Assembly: GCA_040954595.2 (NCBI GenBank)
Contig: CM082596.2
Coordinates: 8,941,124 to 9,005,123 of the forward strand
Direction of reading: 5' to 3'
Length of the DNA stretch: 64,000 nucleotides
DNA from: Balanoglossus misakiensis
Taxonomy: Eukaryota > Animalia > Hemichordata
Positions 51,201-64,000 of the stretch are shown one piece after another. The translations under genes and the position numbers were made by a program. The number at the start of each line of letters is the position of its first letter. The stretch's first letter is position 1. The notes beneath the pieces are model-generated. The model saw only the letters and a program-made list of their open reading frames with translations, made no database searches and was not told where the DNA came from.

Positions 51201-52225
51201 ACAACAAATATCGCAGGTTGGAGTCTCTTACTTTGAAATGCCAGGGCGCTCCACAGAGAAACGTTCCAAACTGTCTGTTAAATATTTCTATACTTACGGT
51301 AATTTCAACAAACCGTGACGTATTCTAACTCATTATTCAATGTAAGTAGTTGCCCGTTCACGTATTTCATGAGGAAAGCTAGAGGATGTCCCTATCATCA
51401 CATTATAATACTTGTGTTTGCGTAGCCTCAGACATGGTATACAATTCCTGGGCGTGGCCTTAGTGGACCTGCCACCATGGGCAACGTATGTGGGAGGTCT
51501 GCAACAAATATGGCAGGTCGGCCATGTTATACATTTCCTGCCATATTTGTTGCAGACCTGCCATATACGTTGGCTACCATCGTATATGGCAGGTCTCTTT
51601 GACGCGCGTAGTACTCTACTGGAGAAAGAGGGTCTGGGGAAACCCCATAGACAAATCTCCGGGCAAAGATGGCCGACTCGGGCCAAAAGCGATGCATGAT
51701 GGTTGCAGACTCGAACATTAAAAATACATGCTGAGACGTGCTAGACCTGCTGAAACTGTTTACAAATTGAAAAGAGAAAGAGAAGTTTGGTAAATAGTTT
51801 TCTAATATCGTCATATCATAATATCGTATGGTTTCCCCAGACCCTCTTTCTGGATTGCCCAACGGAAGAAGCAGGGGGGTCTGGGTAACCGAGACTAATG
51901 TAAACATGTGACAGGAGCATTCATCTATATTCTGGGCTTCCGAACACAAGATTAAAGCTCACCTTCACCAGATTTGCTTGAACTTGATGATCGGACGAGC
52001 TAAAAGGTTTACATGTCCCGAACTAAAGCCAGTTGCGTTACAGGTGAATTTCCCCAGAATGCCATGTGAGGGCGAAACAAGCTATAACAGTCCCTCGGGC
52101 CTTACGGCCCACGCACCACGAAACGCCGAATCGGGCCTTCGGCCCTCAAAAGATACGGACCTTACGGCCCTCGCACGAAACGCCGAATCGATACACATTA
52201 GGCGCGAGGGACTGTCGACAGTATA
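48211..52225. mobile_element. hAT-like foldback element, unit 3 copy (outer left TIR deleted)
   Basis: Colinear with 12003-15630 plus 23402-23544; extra 221-bp internal repeat. Confidence 0.8.
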
Positions 52226-55137
52226 GGCCAGGTTTGTCTTAACCGCCATCTTGGAAAACGCGGTGTTTTGTGGGATAGCTCGGGGCCGATTGGAGGGATC
52301 GCGGATACGTCACTTGCGCCGTTCACGTTCTTACGTCAACATCGCTACGCAAACGCTCACGCTCGCCATCGTTTACGATCGCTTTTTACAACAGATATTC
52401 CTTGCATACCTACTTTTAGTTCTTGTCTACCGTTTTTATCCTCGTCGTTCGTCTGTCATCGTTTTTCTAGAAGATTTTTGAGAGTTTTTTAAAGGCCAAA
52501 GACATCGGAGCACTGCAGTGCAGGAGGTAAGTTGTACACTATGTTTTTTACTTTTCGCTCCGGCGAACCAGTTCTTACTCTCGTGTATGTCTGAATTTGC
52601 CAGTTTCTGAATAGTGAGACCAGATCAGAGTACACCCGAACACGGTGGATTCAGCAATTTTGTTTTCTTTCCGTTCTAGTTACTTGTCTTCCACTTTGAG
52701 CGTCCAGTTCTCACAGCCTCATCACTTGACTGAAAGTTCAGAAAACACATCCCCTTCCGAATCCCCTTGCCAACCAACTTGCTGATTGCTCTTACCTTTT
52801 TGTAATTGCTCAAAGTTGCTGATTTTTCAACATTTTCGTTCTTTCCTTCTCGTGAAAAACTAAGTTTGCTAAACAACACCAAGTCCCTCTTTTGAAAGCT
52901 TGGCTGTGAACTTTGAAAGCACAGGTTCACACTTTCTTTTCATTTGTGTGTGACACTTATTAGCATAACAAACAACAGGATGTGTAACACTTGCACTTGT
53001 AGTTGTATATGGAAATCATCAGATGCAATGCAGGTACTTTCTCTCAAATTGTCTTCTCAATTCAGAAACAAAAATGATCAAGACTTTGGCAAGATCCTGT
53101 TATGAAAGGGGGTGTGGCACATACATCTGTGACATAGGCTTGACACTGTGTTCTGATAGTCTAGTTTACTTGGGGTGGGGGTATTCCCGTGTCTCAACCT
53201 GACCTACCTACCCTCAAATTATTTAGAGTCTGTAAGATATTTTCCTTCTTTTTTAAAAAAAAAGAGAAAACCAAGTCCAACTTTTGATAGCTTAGCTATG
53301 AACTTTGCAAGCACAGGGTGGTGTTTCTGAAAGGGGGCGTGGCGCATACATCTGTAACATAGACTTTTTCTGTGTTCTGATAGTCTAGTTTACAGTTTCA
53401 CAGCTTAAGTTTACTACTCTCAAATTATTGAAAGTAGCTGATCAAGTGTTTTGTCATATTTTTTCTTCCTTTCAGTGTATTTCCTGACCTGTAGTTTCCA
53501 GTGGAAATGGTTTGGTGAAACGTTTGGCCGACTAGTCTTTTATATTTATAACAGTGCAATTTTTATATTTGTCAGTTTATTGTTGTTTTATAATTATTTG
53601 AGCTACATATATTGTTTCCTCAACATCCCATTATACTGCTGTAAAAGTCATTAACATTGTCAGTGTTTTAGTCCTCCCTATTGTGTTTTCTTAATTTATT
53701 GATGTAATAGTGGTATTGTTAACTTTTAATCTGTAACTTTATAGATATATTGACATAAGTTAAGCCTAACTGTTATTAATTGCATATTAATATTAATATC
53801 CTAATTTTGCTGGGACTAATACATTTTTACATTTTTTGTAATCCTAACCAGAGATTGCGTTAACTGTTTTTTATTTTTCATAACCCTAATCTAAGATAGT
53901 CATTCTTTGTGCTTTTCCATAGTAAGAGTGTTTGTTTTTTTTGTCCTATTTTATATTACATATTTTACAACCATGCCATCAAAAGGGTATCATTGCTGCG
54001 TTATCGACTGTAACAGCAATAGTAAACGCCAATCCCATCACAGATTCTTCAGAGTTCCAGCACCATCGAGAAATCAATTGAGACGGGAGTGGATCCATTT
54101 GATAAGGAGAGCCCCACCATTCAAGGTTACCCAAAACACTCGTGTTTGTGAGCAGCATTTCATTGATGGAAAACCTACCGAGGACAACCCACTACCAGTG
54201 CTAAACATGGGGTATGTCCGTAAAGTAACCAAGGCAAGAAGAAAACTTGTGAGGCGAGATGTTCCACCTCCACCCAAGAAAAGGAAAAGCAACGTAGATC
54301 ATGAAGTGGATGAACCATGTCCAACTCCACTTCCTGATCAAGTGGATGAACCATGTCCAACTCCACTTCCTGATCAAGTGGATGAACCATGTCCAACTCC
54401 ACTTCCTGATCAAGAGGACAATGCTATACAAGGACCAGCCCATACAAACCATCACACCAACGAAGTCACTGACGATCACCCTGAGGTTCTGAATGAGCAC
54501 ACATATCACCGATCTACAGACATTGGAACTCATGACCTTTCAAACGCCAACAACAGCAGCTGTAATATAGATGTTAATCAGCAAGTTGGTTGGCAAGGGG
54601 ATTCGGAAGGGGATGTGTTTTCTGAACTTTCAGTCAAGTGATGAGGCTGTGAGAACTGGACGCTCAAAGTGGAAGACAAGTAACTAGAACGGAAAGAAAA
54701 CAAAATTGCTGAATCCACCGTGTTCGGGTGTACTCTGATCTGGTCTCACTATTCAGAAACTGGCAAATTCAGACATACACGAGAGTAAGAACTGGTTCGC
54801 CGGAGCGAAAAGTAAAAAACATAGTGTACAACTTACCTCCTGCACTGCAGTGCTCCGATGTCTTTGGCCTTTAAAAAACTCTCAAAAATCTTCTAGAAAA
54901 ACGATGACAGACGAACGACGACGATAAAAACGGTAGACAAGAACTAAAAGTAGGTATGCAAGGAATATCTGTTGTAAAAAGCGATCGTAAACGATGGCGA
55001 GCGTGAGCGTTTGCGTAGCGATGTTGACGTAAGAACGTGAACGGCGCAAGTGACGTATCCGCGATCCCTCCAATCGGCCCCGAGCTATCCCACAAAACAC
55101 CGCGTTTTCCAAGATGGCGGTTAAGACAAACCTGGCC
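52226..55137. mobile_element. Internally deleted ISL2EU element with both termini
   Basis: TATA|GGCCAGGTTTGTCTT...AAGACAAACCTGGCC|TATA; empty site CAG-TATA-GGC at 23538-23547; TSD can be read as AT (termini AGGCC/GGCCT) or TATA. Confidence 0.9.
53973..54641 (+). pseudogene. THAP-domain N-terminus of the ISL2EU transposase, truncated and fused to TIR sequence
   Basis: MPSKGYHCCVIDC...FFRVP...W...IRR...RVCEQHF...P (C2CH THAP), basic NLS-like PKKRK, 12-aa repeat x3, EHTY motif; last ~20 codons derive from the right TIR. Confidence 0.85.
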
Positions 55138-55259
55138 TATAGGCAAAATCGAAACAAGCAATTGTCCCGGGTTCGATTCCCGGCCAACGCATGTATTTTT
55201 TTGCAGTAAACATGTATGTTGGGCAAGAATTGGCGTGCAGACGACATCTCTCCCAACAG

Positions 55260-55331
55260 GCGTTGGTGGTGTAGTGGTTAACATAGTTGCCTTCCAAGCA
55301 ATTGTCCCGGGTTCGATTCCCGGCCAACGCA
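55260..55331 (+). tRNA. tRNA-Gly(TCC)
   Basis: Identical to 23663-23734; followed by a T-run terminator. Confidence 0.88.
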
Positions 55332-56026
55332 TCTATTTTTTTGCAGTAAACATTTATGTTGGGCAAGAATTGGCATGCAGACGACATCTCTCCCAACAGG
55401 CGTTGGTGGTGTAGTGGTTAACAAGCAACTGTCCCGGGTTCGATTCCCGGCCAACGCAGATTTTTTTGCAGTTGGATATTTCTTATCAGATAATATTCAC
55501 TTACTCACTCACTCACTCAATTCACTCACTCACTCACTCACTGAAGTCTGAAACACCATGTATGGCTTGTTCTCTCGTTCATATAATTTTGAAACGGTCC
55601 ACTTTTGAAAAAACACATTTCACATTCTCTGCACAAATCCCCACGTTTTACTTAAAAAAACGGACACGACAACACCGAGAGCAGTATCAGAAAGTAATTC
55701 GCAACGATATGACTACGCATACTTGCTGAAAAAAATGAACCCGTTGTACGTGTCGCGATTTGCAAACAGTCCACACGTTAACGTTTCCATCAGCACACTT
55801 TCTCATCAACTGCAAGTCCAAGTAAAATTGACAGACACCTGGAACACAGTGCGTGAATTGATATTTTAATTAAAGACGAAAAGAAAAGTGACAGCAAACA
55901 TCAAGTAGACCGTCTCAAAAAACATCCGTTGCTGTTCAAGATTAGGTAACTTGTTTGACGGACAGAAACTAAACCGCAAAATGGAAGCAGTTGTGCTAAC
56001 TCTATGGCATTGAATGCTGCGCATGC

Positions 56027-59000
56027 CTACTGGCAAGCATAGATTTCCACTCTCATGGAGATATGACCATACCAGGTAACTGGATAAAACCGAACAGACT
56101 CTGCTGTGAAAGCCTTGTCTCCCAATTCATGGTAGACGATTGTGTTCCGGTCAGAATTCGCAATGAAAATCTGAAACGTAAAACATGATAGTGTTTTCAG
56201 TTGATATAGGAAAGCTGGCCTTTCTGTAGGTTTACGCTACACACTGATGTAAGCGGCGATAGCCACCCCTTATATTTATTGTGCCAAAATTACTACCAAT
56301 AATATATACCAGAAATGTGTTTCCTTATTCTTTTTAGTCGTGTGTATGGTGTACACTGTGCGCATCTTTAATATATTATATGTATGAACATTGTCAGGTT
56401 CTTCCAATCGGACATTGTGAAGTTCATACCTTTGCAGAGCCATCGTCCCGAGTCACATATGTCCATTGTCCGTGTTCCTTGTGGTAGCCGAGTTTGAATG
56501 ATGTCACCCACTGAGAATAATCACTTCGCCCCTAAATTTAACAAGAAGAAAAGCGTGGTCACCATAAAATGTGCAAAATTCGGTTGAAACCGTTGGTACG
56601 TTGCGTTACAATGAGATACTATCTCGTTATAACGAGATAATTTTTTATTTCTTGCTTTACAAAATGGCGTTTACGGGCTTTCATACTTTTACTATTCAGT
56701 CAATTTGGGTGTTTTTTACCGAAGATGGACAGTACTGTGTTTTTCAATATTCTAAATATTTCGAAATGCGTTGTGTACATACTTGTGTGGCGACCTTGGT
56801 GACCTTCCTATCCCCACCAAGGTCAACTTGCAACCATTGTGCGGCGTTGTTATTCAAGGCACACCACGAATGGGAATATCCAGATGGGCCATGGTAGTTA
56901 AGCCTTCCTTGATGAGACATGTGCTTACTATTCCAATTAGAGCTCGCCGTCATCTGCGAATTTGGAATAACTCGATTCTCTACACCGACAGGCTCAGAGT
57001 TACACGGCCCTGAAATCGGTGATACATTTTAGTAACGAGGGACGGACGTTACAGTCGACTGAGTTTGGGGTATTTTTGTCAATATTTCCCGATGCATCAA
57101 CACCTGCAGTTTCGTATTCTATGTTGGATAGCTTTATGAAAATTTCTATTTTTAGCTTCCAACAAAGCCTGCACATGAGTAAAGGCCAGTGTCATGTTGA
57201 CAAATACTTAATGTCCGGACTTGGAGTCAATTTTCAACAATAACAATTCTGATTAATACAAAATGTCTAAAACATTGTCTTCTACAACTATTTTTTTGTA
57301 ATATTACCCTATATGTAAACATTTCCAGCCGATACATTGCAGCAGAATAATTCAGAAAATGATTTTTACTTTTAACCAACGGCCAAAATGTAGTTATTCG
57401 CACCTGATTTTTTGCAGATGAAACCCCGTTTCTCTGCACAGTCACTTGTTTTCCAGTAACCGTCATTAGCTCCCGATATGACAGCACAGTCCAAACTCCC
57501 GGGGCGCCGTGGTTCTGATGTGGCCCAGTTTCTGTATGACAGCTGTTGAATGAAAAAAAATCACGTAATTCACCTGTATTCTTCAATTGAAAGCAGTATG
57601 ATAGGACTACAGAGGCACGAGATTAGTGTGTTATACCTCTTTTTGGTTTCTTCACATTGCCATAAAAATATGGGCATCTATTCGTCGAATTCGATATTAA
57701 TTGGTTTTTCAAGTATACTTTCAACAATGTTTTCACATTCTCACACTCCTGGCATGCTGAGAGTGTGGGATCAGATTGGGAGAATATATTATTCCGCACA
57801 CTGTTATCAAGTGTGGTTCTCATGCAAACTGTAATTAGATATCCTTTCAAGTAACACCATCATGCACGAAGAAGGCGTAATTACAGAGCAAATCATCGAT
57901 CGAACACACAAACAATCTTGTTGATCAATAATACTGGAACTAGATTCGCTGCATGCATGCGATATTATCAATAGACAAAGAAATGCATAACACCAACATC
58001 AGTGCCATCTTCCCACCTCCAGTAAGCTTCGTTCTCGATGTCACTTAAACCAATCCACAAGTTTTGTTTACCAGATATCATTGTATAACCTAATTATGTT
58101 TTAATATAAAAAAATAACGTCATGGGTCTATGCCACATCAAAAACAAAACAACACGGAAAATCGCTCATTTGGTCTTGAAGTCGAGTTTTGATGTTGACT
58201 CATATGCAAATGTACGCTACCTGGATTGGAGTATGAATTGTCACACTGGTTGAAATAAAAGGCGTTTGAGATGACAAAATCCGTATCTGCAGCCACGTAT
58301 ATAAACATTAGAAAGAGTCAAACTGCATTTGAATTTAGAATTTGATACAACTGTTGGGAGAAATGATTTTCTAAACATATTTTTCTCGGGTTTCTGAAAT
58401 GAACTCTACAGCGGGTGTTCAGGATTTTGAAATATATTACGGGCCTTTCTTTCAGTTTTGGATATTCTTGCTTGAACTCTGCACCAGCGACGCAAAAAAA
58501 CACTATTTTTTCAAGTTTTTAGCCACGAAAAGAGTTCATTTACTATTAGGAGATCCCACACGTGTGGCCTTATTATGTTTTTGTTACAAGGGCTCCACAT
58601 TCTACAAATGGTTGATGTATGATAGCCTACTTGCCTTTCAGGAACAGGTTTTTATGGGAGTCGTCGATAGTGACAAGCTCCCCACCTTTGCCTCTACAAA
58701 TCGACTTGGCCTCGTCGTACGTGTACACTTTCTCGAGGTATGCATAGTAGCAGGTGTCCGCGAAGTTGTCCCATTGTGGTGCACAGCCTGGTGGAGAAAT
58801 TGAAGGTACATTAAACGGACAAATTCTCTCTCTCGTTGCCCTTTTTCCATTAATTATGTTTGATACAAGACACCGTTTATGTTAATGTACATGTGTATGT
58901 AGTGAATGAACGTTCGACCACACACAACTTCCATCCCACTTGTAAGATATGAGAGTAAAAACTTACCCAAAATGAATCAATGGTAGAGACCGATTATTCA

Positions 59001-59823
59001 ATTTGGCGAGTTTTTTTCACTCTCGTGTCTACAAGTGGGATGGAAGTTGTGTGTGGTTGAACGTTGATTCACTGATTATCCACATGTACATTAGTATAAA
59101 CAGTGTCTTGTACCAAACATAATTAATGAAAAAAAGGCAGCGGGGGAGAGACTTTGTCCCTTTAAGTCTACCAAGCAGTTCGTTATTACGTCGTTGCTTA
59201 AACACCATTCGACTGCTTCGTTGTGTGTGGGTGGTGTGAACTACATTACCTAAACAAAACCACCATTTCAGCCGCTCTGCTGTTGTACAGGTAAAGGGCA
59301 ATAGCCGAGGATCAAACTACTGCAGGTATTGCCCCATTAACTAAGACAGATAGAAAGACATGCATACAGATAGAGACAAGCACGTGCATACAGTCACCAC
59401 AATCAATGCAAGTTGTACCAACACTAGTCATCCAATAAATAGAATTAAGCAAAAAAAAAAAACGAATAAAAGAAACCAATTCTCTGTGTATAGTAATATT
59501 CACAAAAGCCTGGAACTCTTAGTCACATAGGACTATGTGGTGATGAAAAAAAAATCAAAAATCAAATCTGGCATACAAAAATAAGTTATTAAACTTGAAG
59601 AGAGTATTTTGTTGTTGGCCGTGCACTGATGAATCAAGAATATAAAAAAATTAATAAAGAACAGCTGCAGATGTTAACGTGAAATAATGGGCAATTGGAA
59701 TAAGCAACATCAAAATTAATGAGTAGGTGCATGTATTGTCCTATTCGAACATGTTACAGTACCTTTCGCGGATGGCAATGCCTCCGTGACCAACAAACCC
59801 AGTAGAGCCAGATACAATTTCAT
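56027..59823 (-). CDS. CTLD + FA58C protein, copy 4 (apparently intact, shortest locus)
   Basis: All seven exons open; GC donor after first CTLD exon; weaker GAT|GTTGGT donor after the WIGL exon. Confidence 0.82.
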
Positions 59824-61000
59824 TTTCGTCAATTTCTGGTGTCTGGCAGCGGTTACCATATGATGAAATTCCAGCAGCCTTCAAAGAGAATAGAATAGCT
59901 TTGTATCAAAATGACTTCTACGTACATTTTATCACTGGGACTTGGCTTTTAGTTCACCCATATTGTGAATTGGGAAAGACTTCAATGATTATAAGCCACA
60001 AGACATCTTAACTGTGTCTTCGAAAAGATATTCAACGCCAAGTACAACAGTCTGGCATGCTTATATCCTGGCTAAACCTTCCATTCTTTGTCTGAAAATG
60101 TTCGTACCATCATCAAGATCCAAGCTTCAAGCAGATAAACGATATGTTAGGCCCAAATCAATATTTAACTAAGCCGCAACTTTTATCCGCTATACAGTAA
60201 AACCACGCAATCTTCGAATTGGTTGCAAGAAAAAAAACGCCGGTACCAACTAACGCATACTTAAACCCCAGACTTGCTCCAAGTCTTATATGGGCTTCGT
60301 TTTTTAGGGAACGCGTACGCCCATAATTTAAAAACCGCCAAGCGACTAGTGGGCTAGTCTAACTAAACCCGTAAATGTACAGTAAATCCGAAGTAATTCT
60401 GAATTTGTACATGGAAAACAGTCGACATACCTGATTGACAGGAAAATAGAAGTCTCTGTGCTGTTCGGCGCTCCAGGTCTAAATGAAAATTACTCTCGGC
60501 CTTAGGGCTTATTATAAGCAGTTAACATCGCTTATAATTCTATTGATAAACTTGACATGTTGAAAGAAGCTACCCGCACTTTTTAAATGCCACTAATGTC
60601 CTTAAATGTCATCGGGTATAAAAATGAATGTTTTTGCCGACCTGTCATTTGGTTAATGGAGTTTGCGGAGGCGGCGTGCAAAACAAGCGGGTTCAGAAAT
60701 TGTAGATTTCTGACAATTAGCAGATCATTACAACCCCTCCCCCGAAAAAATCTGAATGCCCATTGTGCAGGGGTGAACATGGCGGCGATCTCTTGGAAAA
60801 CTAGTCATGGGGGGGGGGGGTAGCTGGATGGAACAGTTAACATATATTGACCGTTTTAGAGATAACCACACATAGTGGAAAGAAATAGAGGTAAAGGTGA
60901 TCTGGCGTGAAATAATAAAAAGTGTGTTAAAAAAATCAAATAACAACTAATAAAAAATTAAGCTAAGTGCCATCTGATCCCTGTTATACAAAACAGATTT

Positions 61001-62686
61001 ATTATTATTATTATTATTAAGAATTGTTTAAAATGCGCTACACATACGTCTCAGCGCATTGTACATAGCTAAAAGAGTAGATTAAAAAATACAAGGCTGG
61101 TAAAAATAGTTAAAAGGACACAACACGTTACACATAAAACCGAGTAAAAAGGTATGTTTTCAAATTACGCTTAAAAATATTGACACTTCTGGCGGTTTTG
61201 ATATCAAGGGGTAAAATGTTCCATAAAATGGGCGCACAAACTGAAAAAGCTCTCTGTCCGTAGGTTTTGTTAAATTTACCATGAGGATGAGTTAAAAAGA
61301 ATTGAACACTAGAGCGCAGTTCTCGAGCTGGTACATATAAATGTAAAAGATCAGTCAAATAGGCGGGTGCTTTACCACTGATACATTTGAATGTGAGCAA
61401 GAGAATTTTAAAACTGATGCGGGCCTCTACCGGTAGCCAGTGTAAATCTTTGAGTATGGGTGTGATATGATCGGACTTGCGCGTACGAGTAACTAGCCTC
61501 GCCGCAGCATTCTGTAGAGACTGAAGTCGAGCTAGATGTCCCTTCGGGATACCAAACAAAAGACTATTACAGTAATCTAAATGAGACGTTACAAATGCAT
61601 GAACTAGTTTCTCAGTTGTAGATCTGTCAAGAAGATTACGAATTTTAGCTATTCTATGCAAAGAGAAGAAACCATTTTTGCACAGCTTACTAATATGATC
61701 AGACATGCTACCATCCTGACTTAAAATAACGCCGAGATTTTTAACTGAAACTGAAGGAATTATGTCACATTGTCCGATTCTTAGACAGTCCAATGTTGTC
61801 ACATTAGATTTTAAACGTGATGAAAAGTGAATAACTTCAGTTTTATCATCATTCAGTACAAGCATGTTAGATTTCATCCAGCTGCGGATATCATCGACGC
61901 AGAGCTCAATGTTATTGCGAACATCGTTAGGGCTGTTGCAGATGGCATAAATTTGCGTATCGTCCGCGTATATCATGCAATCAATCCCGTGTTTTCCGAA
62001 GATGTCTTCCAGAGGTGCAGTGTAGAGTGTAAACATGAGAGGTCCTAGAACAGATCCTTGTGGAACGCCATATTTCATGCGAGAACTTGGGGATGATGCA
62101 GATCCAACCTTGACGCACTGTTGGCGATTAACGAGGTACGAACGAAACCACGATAAAGTGTTACCAGTTATTCCAAAACGATGATGTAGTCTCTGTAGCA
62201 TTATTTCATGATCGATAGTGTCAAACGCCGCTGATAAATCTAACATGATAAGAATTACATCCTGTTTGTTATTCAAGGCAAGCATGATGTCATTGTGGAC
62301 ACGCAAGAGAGCAGTTTCCGTGCTATGATTAGCACGGTAAGCACTTTGAAACTTTGTGAAAAGACTAAATTTAGTGAGGTGACTGTTCAGTTGCTGAACG
62401 ACTACACGCTCGAGGAGTTTTGACAAGAACGGAAGGTTTGAAACCGGTCTGTAGTTCTTCAGAATGTTCTGATCCAGATCAACTTTCTTTAACAATGGAC
62501 GAATTATCGCTGACTTGAAATGACTCGGCACGATGCCAGCTGTGAGCGAATTGTTGAAAAGATCAGCAAGGAAAGGTGCTAAGATGTGTACGCAATTCTT
62601 CAACACTCCATATGGTAGAATGTCGAGTTCACAAGATTTCGGTGGTGATTGTTTCACTAACGCAATTATATCCCCAGGTGACACTG
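61001..62686 (-). mobile_element. 5'-truncated L2-like LINE (second family) with an intact RT domain, ORF 61128-62684
   Basis: KNYRPVSNL, QSAYR..HSTETAL, LDLSAAFDT, GVPQGSVLGP, YADDTQ; (TAA)n tail; flanking GATTT duplication; empty site in units 1 and 3. Confidence 0.92.
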
Positions 62687-62838
62687 GATTTCTAGTTGAA
62701 ACTTATATGCTGACAGCTTTTGTAACAACTTAACCTTCAAAACCCGCTCAGTTTGTTATACTGTTGAATGTGTACTGTCGAAGATGTTCGACTATGGTGA
62801 AATCTCGATCATAGCGTCATGGAGTCGATAGGAAGGTC

Positions 62839-63057
<219 letters not shown>

Positions 63058-63944
63058 AACAAACAAGCGTGCAAATACGTTCAGAACATTTTTTACGCAA
63101 TCAGAATGGACAAAGTAATCGACTTGTATTGTACAGTTATAGAACCCAGACCTACTGCCCCATTTCATGTGGCAAGCAAGTCACATCCAAAATCCACACT
63201 CAACTAAAACGAAAAAAATGCATTTTGTTTTGTAAATTGGCATATTAGATGTAAAGGTTTGAAAGGCATAGCCATACACCCACTGGACATCATCAATCAT
63301 CACTTGAATGTGGCATTTGTGATATTATTTCTGCGCCTTGCAAAACATTGAACACCAGTAAACATCAAACACCATTTCCGTCTGACCTTTGTGATATTTG
63401 TCTTGTGCCTTGCAAATCATTAAATAGAACCAGCAGGATTATCGCTTTTCAATACAAAAGTAAACGATTCTCTTATATTTAGAAGTTAGAGAATAAATCA
63501 ATCATAGAATGTTGACATGGTATCACTCTGATGTGTGTATGTTGTTGCCTCACCACTTGCATGTAAAACAACACAACATATTTGACTGTATGACTGACAG
63601 AAGGGATACATTTTGTTAATACTTTTCGAGTATATTCCATATTGATATACATGTACATGTATAGCTTTTCGGCGTTAAGATTAGAGAGAAGAGATTCTCC
63701 AAAATGCATATGAGATCGTATTACGGTTAAATCCCGGTGAGGGGTATAAAAGGCCCGAAATCATCCTTTTAGCCTGCACGATATATGTTTGTTATGACAC
63801 CACAAAGTATTTATTTCTTCATTATATTGGGACACATGGCAAAATCGAAACAAGCAATTGTCCCGGGTTCGATTCCCGGCCAACGCATGTATTTTTTTGC
63901 AGAAAACATGTATGTTGGGCAAGAATTGGGACACATGGCAAAAT

Positions 63945-64000
63945 TAGACTGTCGACAGTCCCTCGCGCCTAATGTGTATCGATTCGGCGTTTCGTGCGAG
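63945..64000. mobile_element. Left end of another hAT-like foldback copy (array continues)
   Basis: GGCAAAAT|TAGACTGTCGACAG... as at 11902. Confidence 0.8.

Noticed and set aside
53907-54641. Cellular THAP transcription-factor gene
   Set aside because: It lies between transposon TIRs with a TSD, and its C-terminus is read-through into TIR sequence

Overview
AT-rich, intron-containing animal genomic DNA, most likely a marine invertebrate (inferred, not certain). The backbone is a tandem array of at least four units starting at about 4513, 24013, 40039 and 55470. Each unit carries a minus-strand 7-coding-exon gene for a ~305-aa secreted protein (signal peptide + C-type lectin domain + F5/8 type C/discoidin domain). 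Copies 1, 3 and 4 look intact; copy 2 is a pseudogene. Units are separated by a non-autonomous hAT-like foldback element and a small tRNA-Gly(TCC) tandem array. Nested insertions: (i) a complete 6.7-kb PAT/DIRS-type tyrosine-recombinase retrotransposon with split direct repeats; (ii) two complementary deletion derivatives of an ISL2EU (PIF/Harbinger-related) DNA transposon with ~1.7-kb TIRs; (iii) three 5'-truncated L2-like LINEs; (iv) Kolobok-like and Harbinger-like MITEs; (v) microsatellites. Top observations: the retrotransposon appears to express Gag, RT-RNaseH-MT and YR by splicing one shared 93-codon leader exon onto three phase-0 terminal exons, each with its own AATAAA. Its B-A junction forms an 11-6-11 recombinase-site-like palindrome. 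The ISL2EU TIRs seem to carry a whole promoter + spliced 5' leader for both convergent genes. All gene models were read by eye and have no transcript support.
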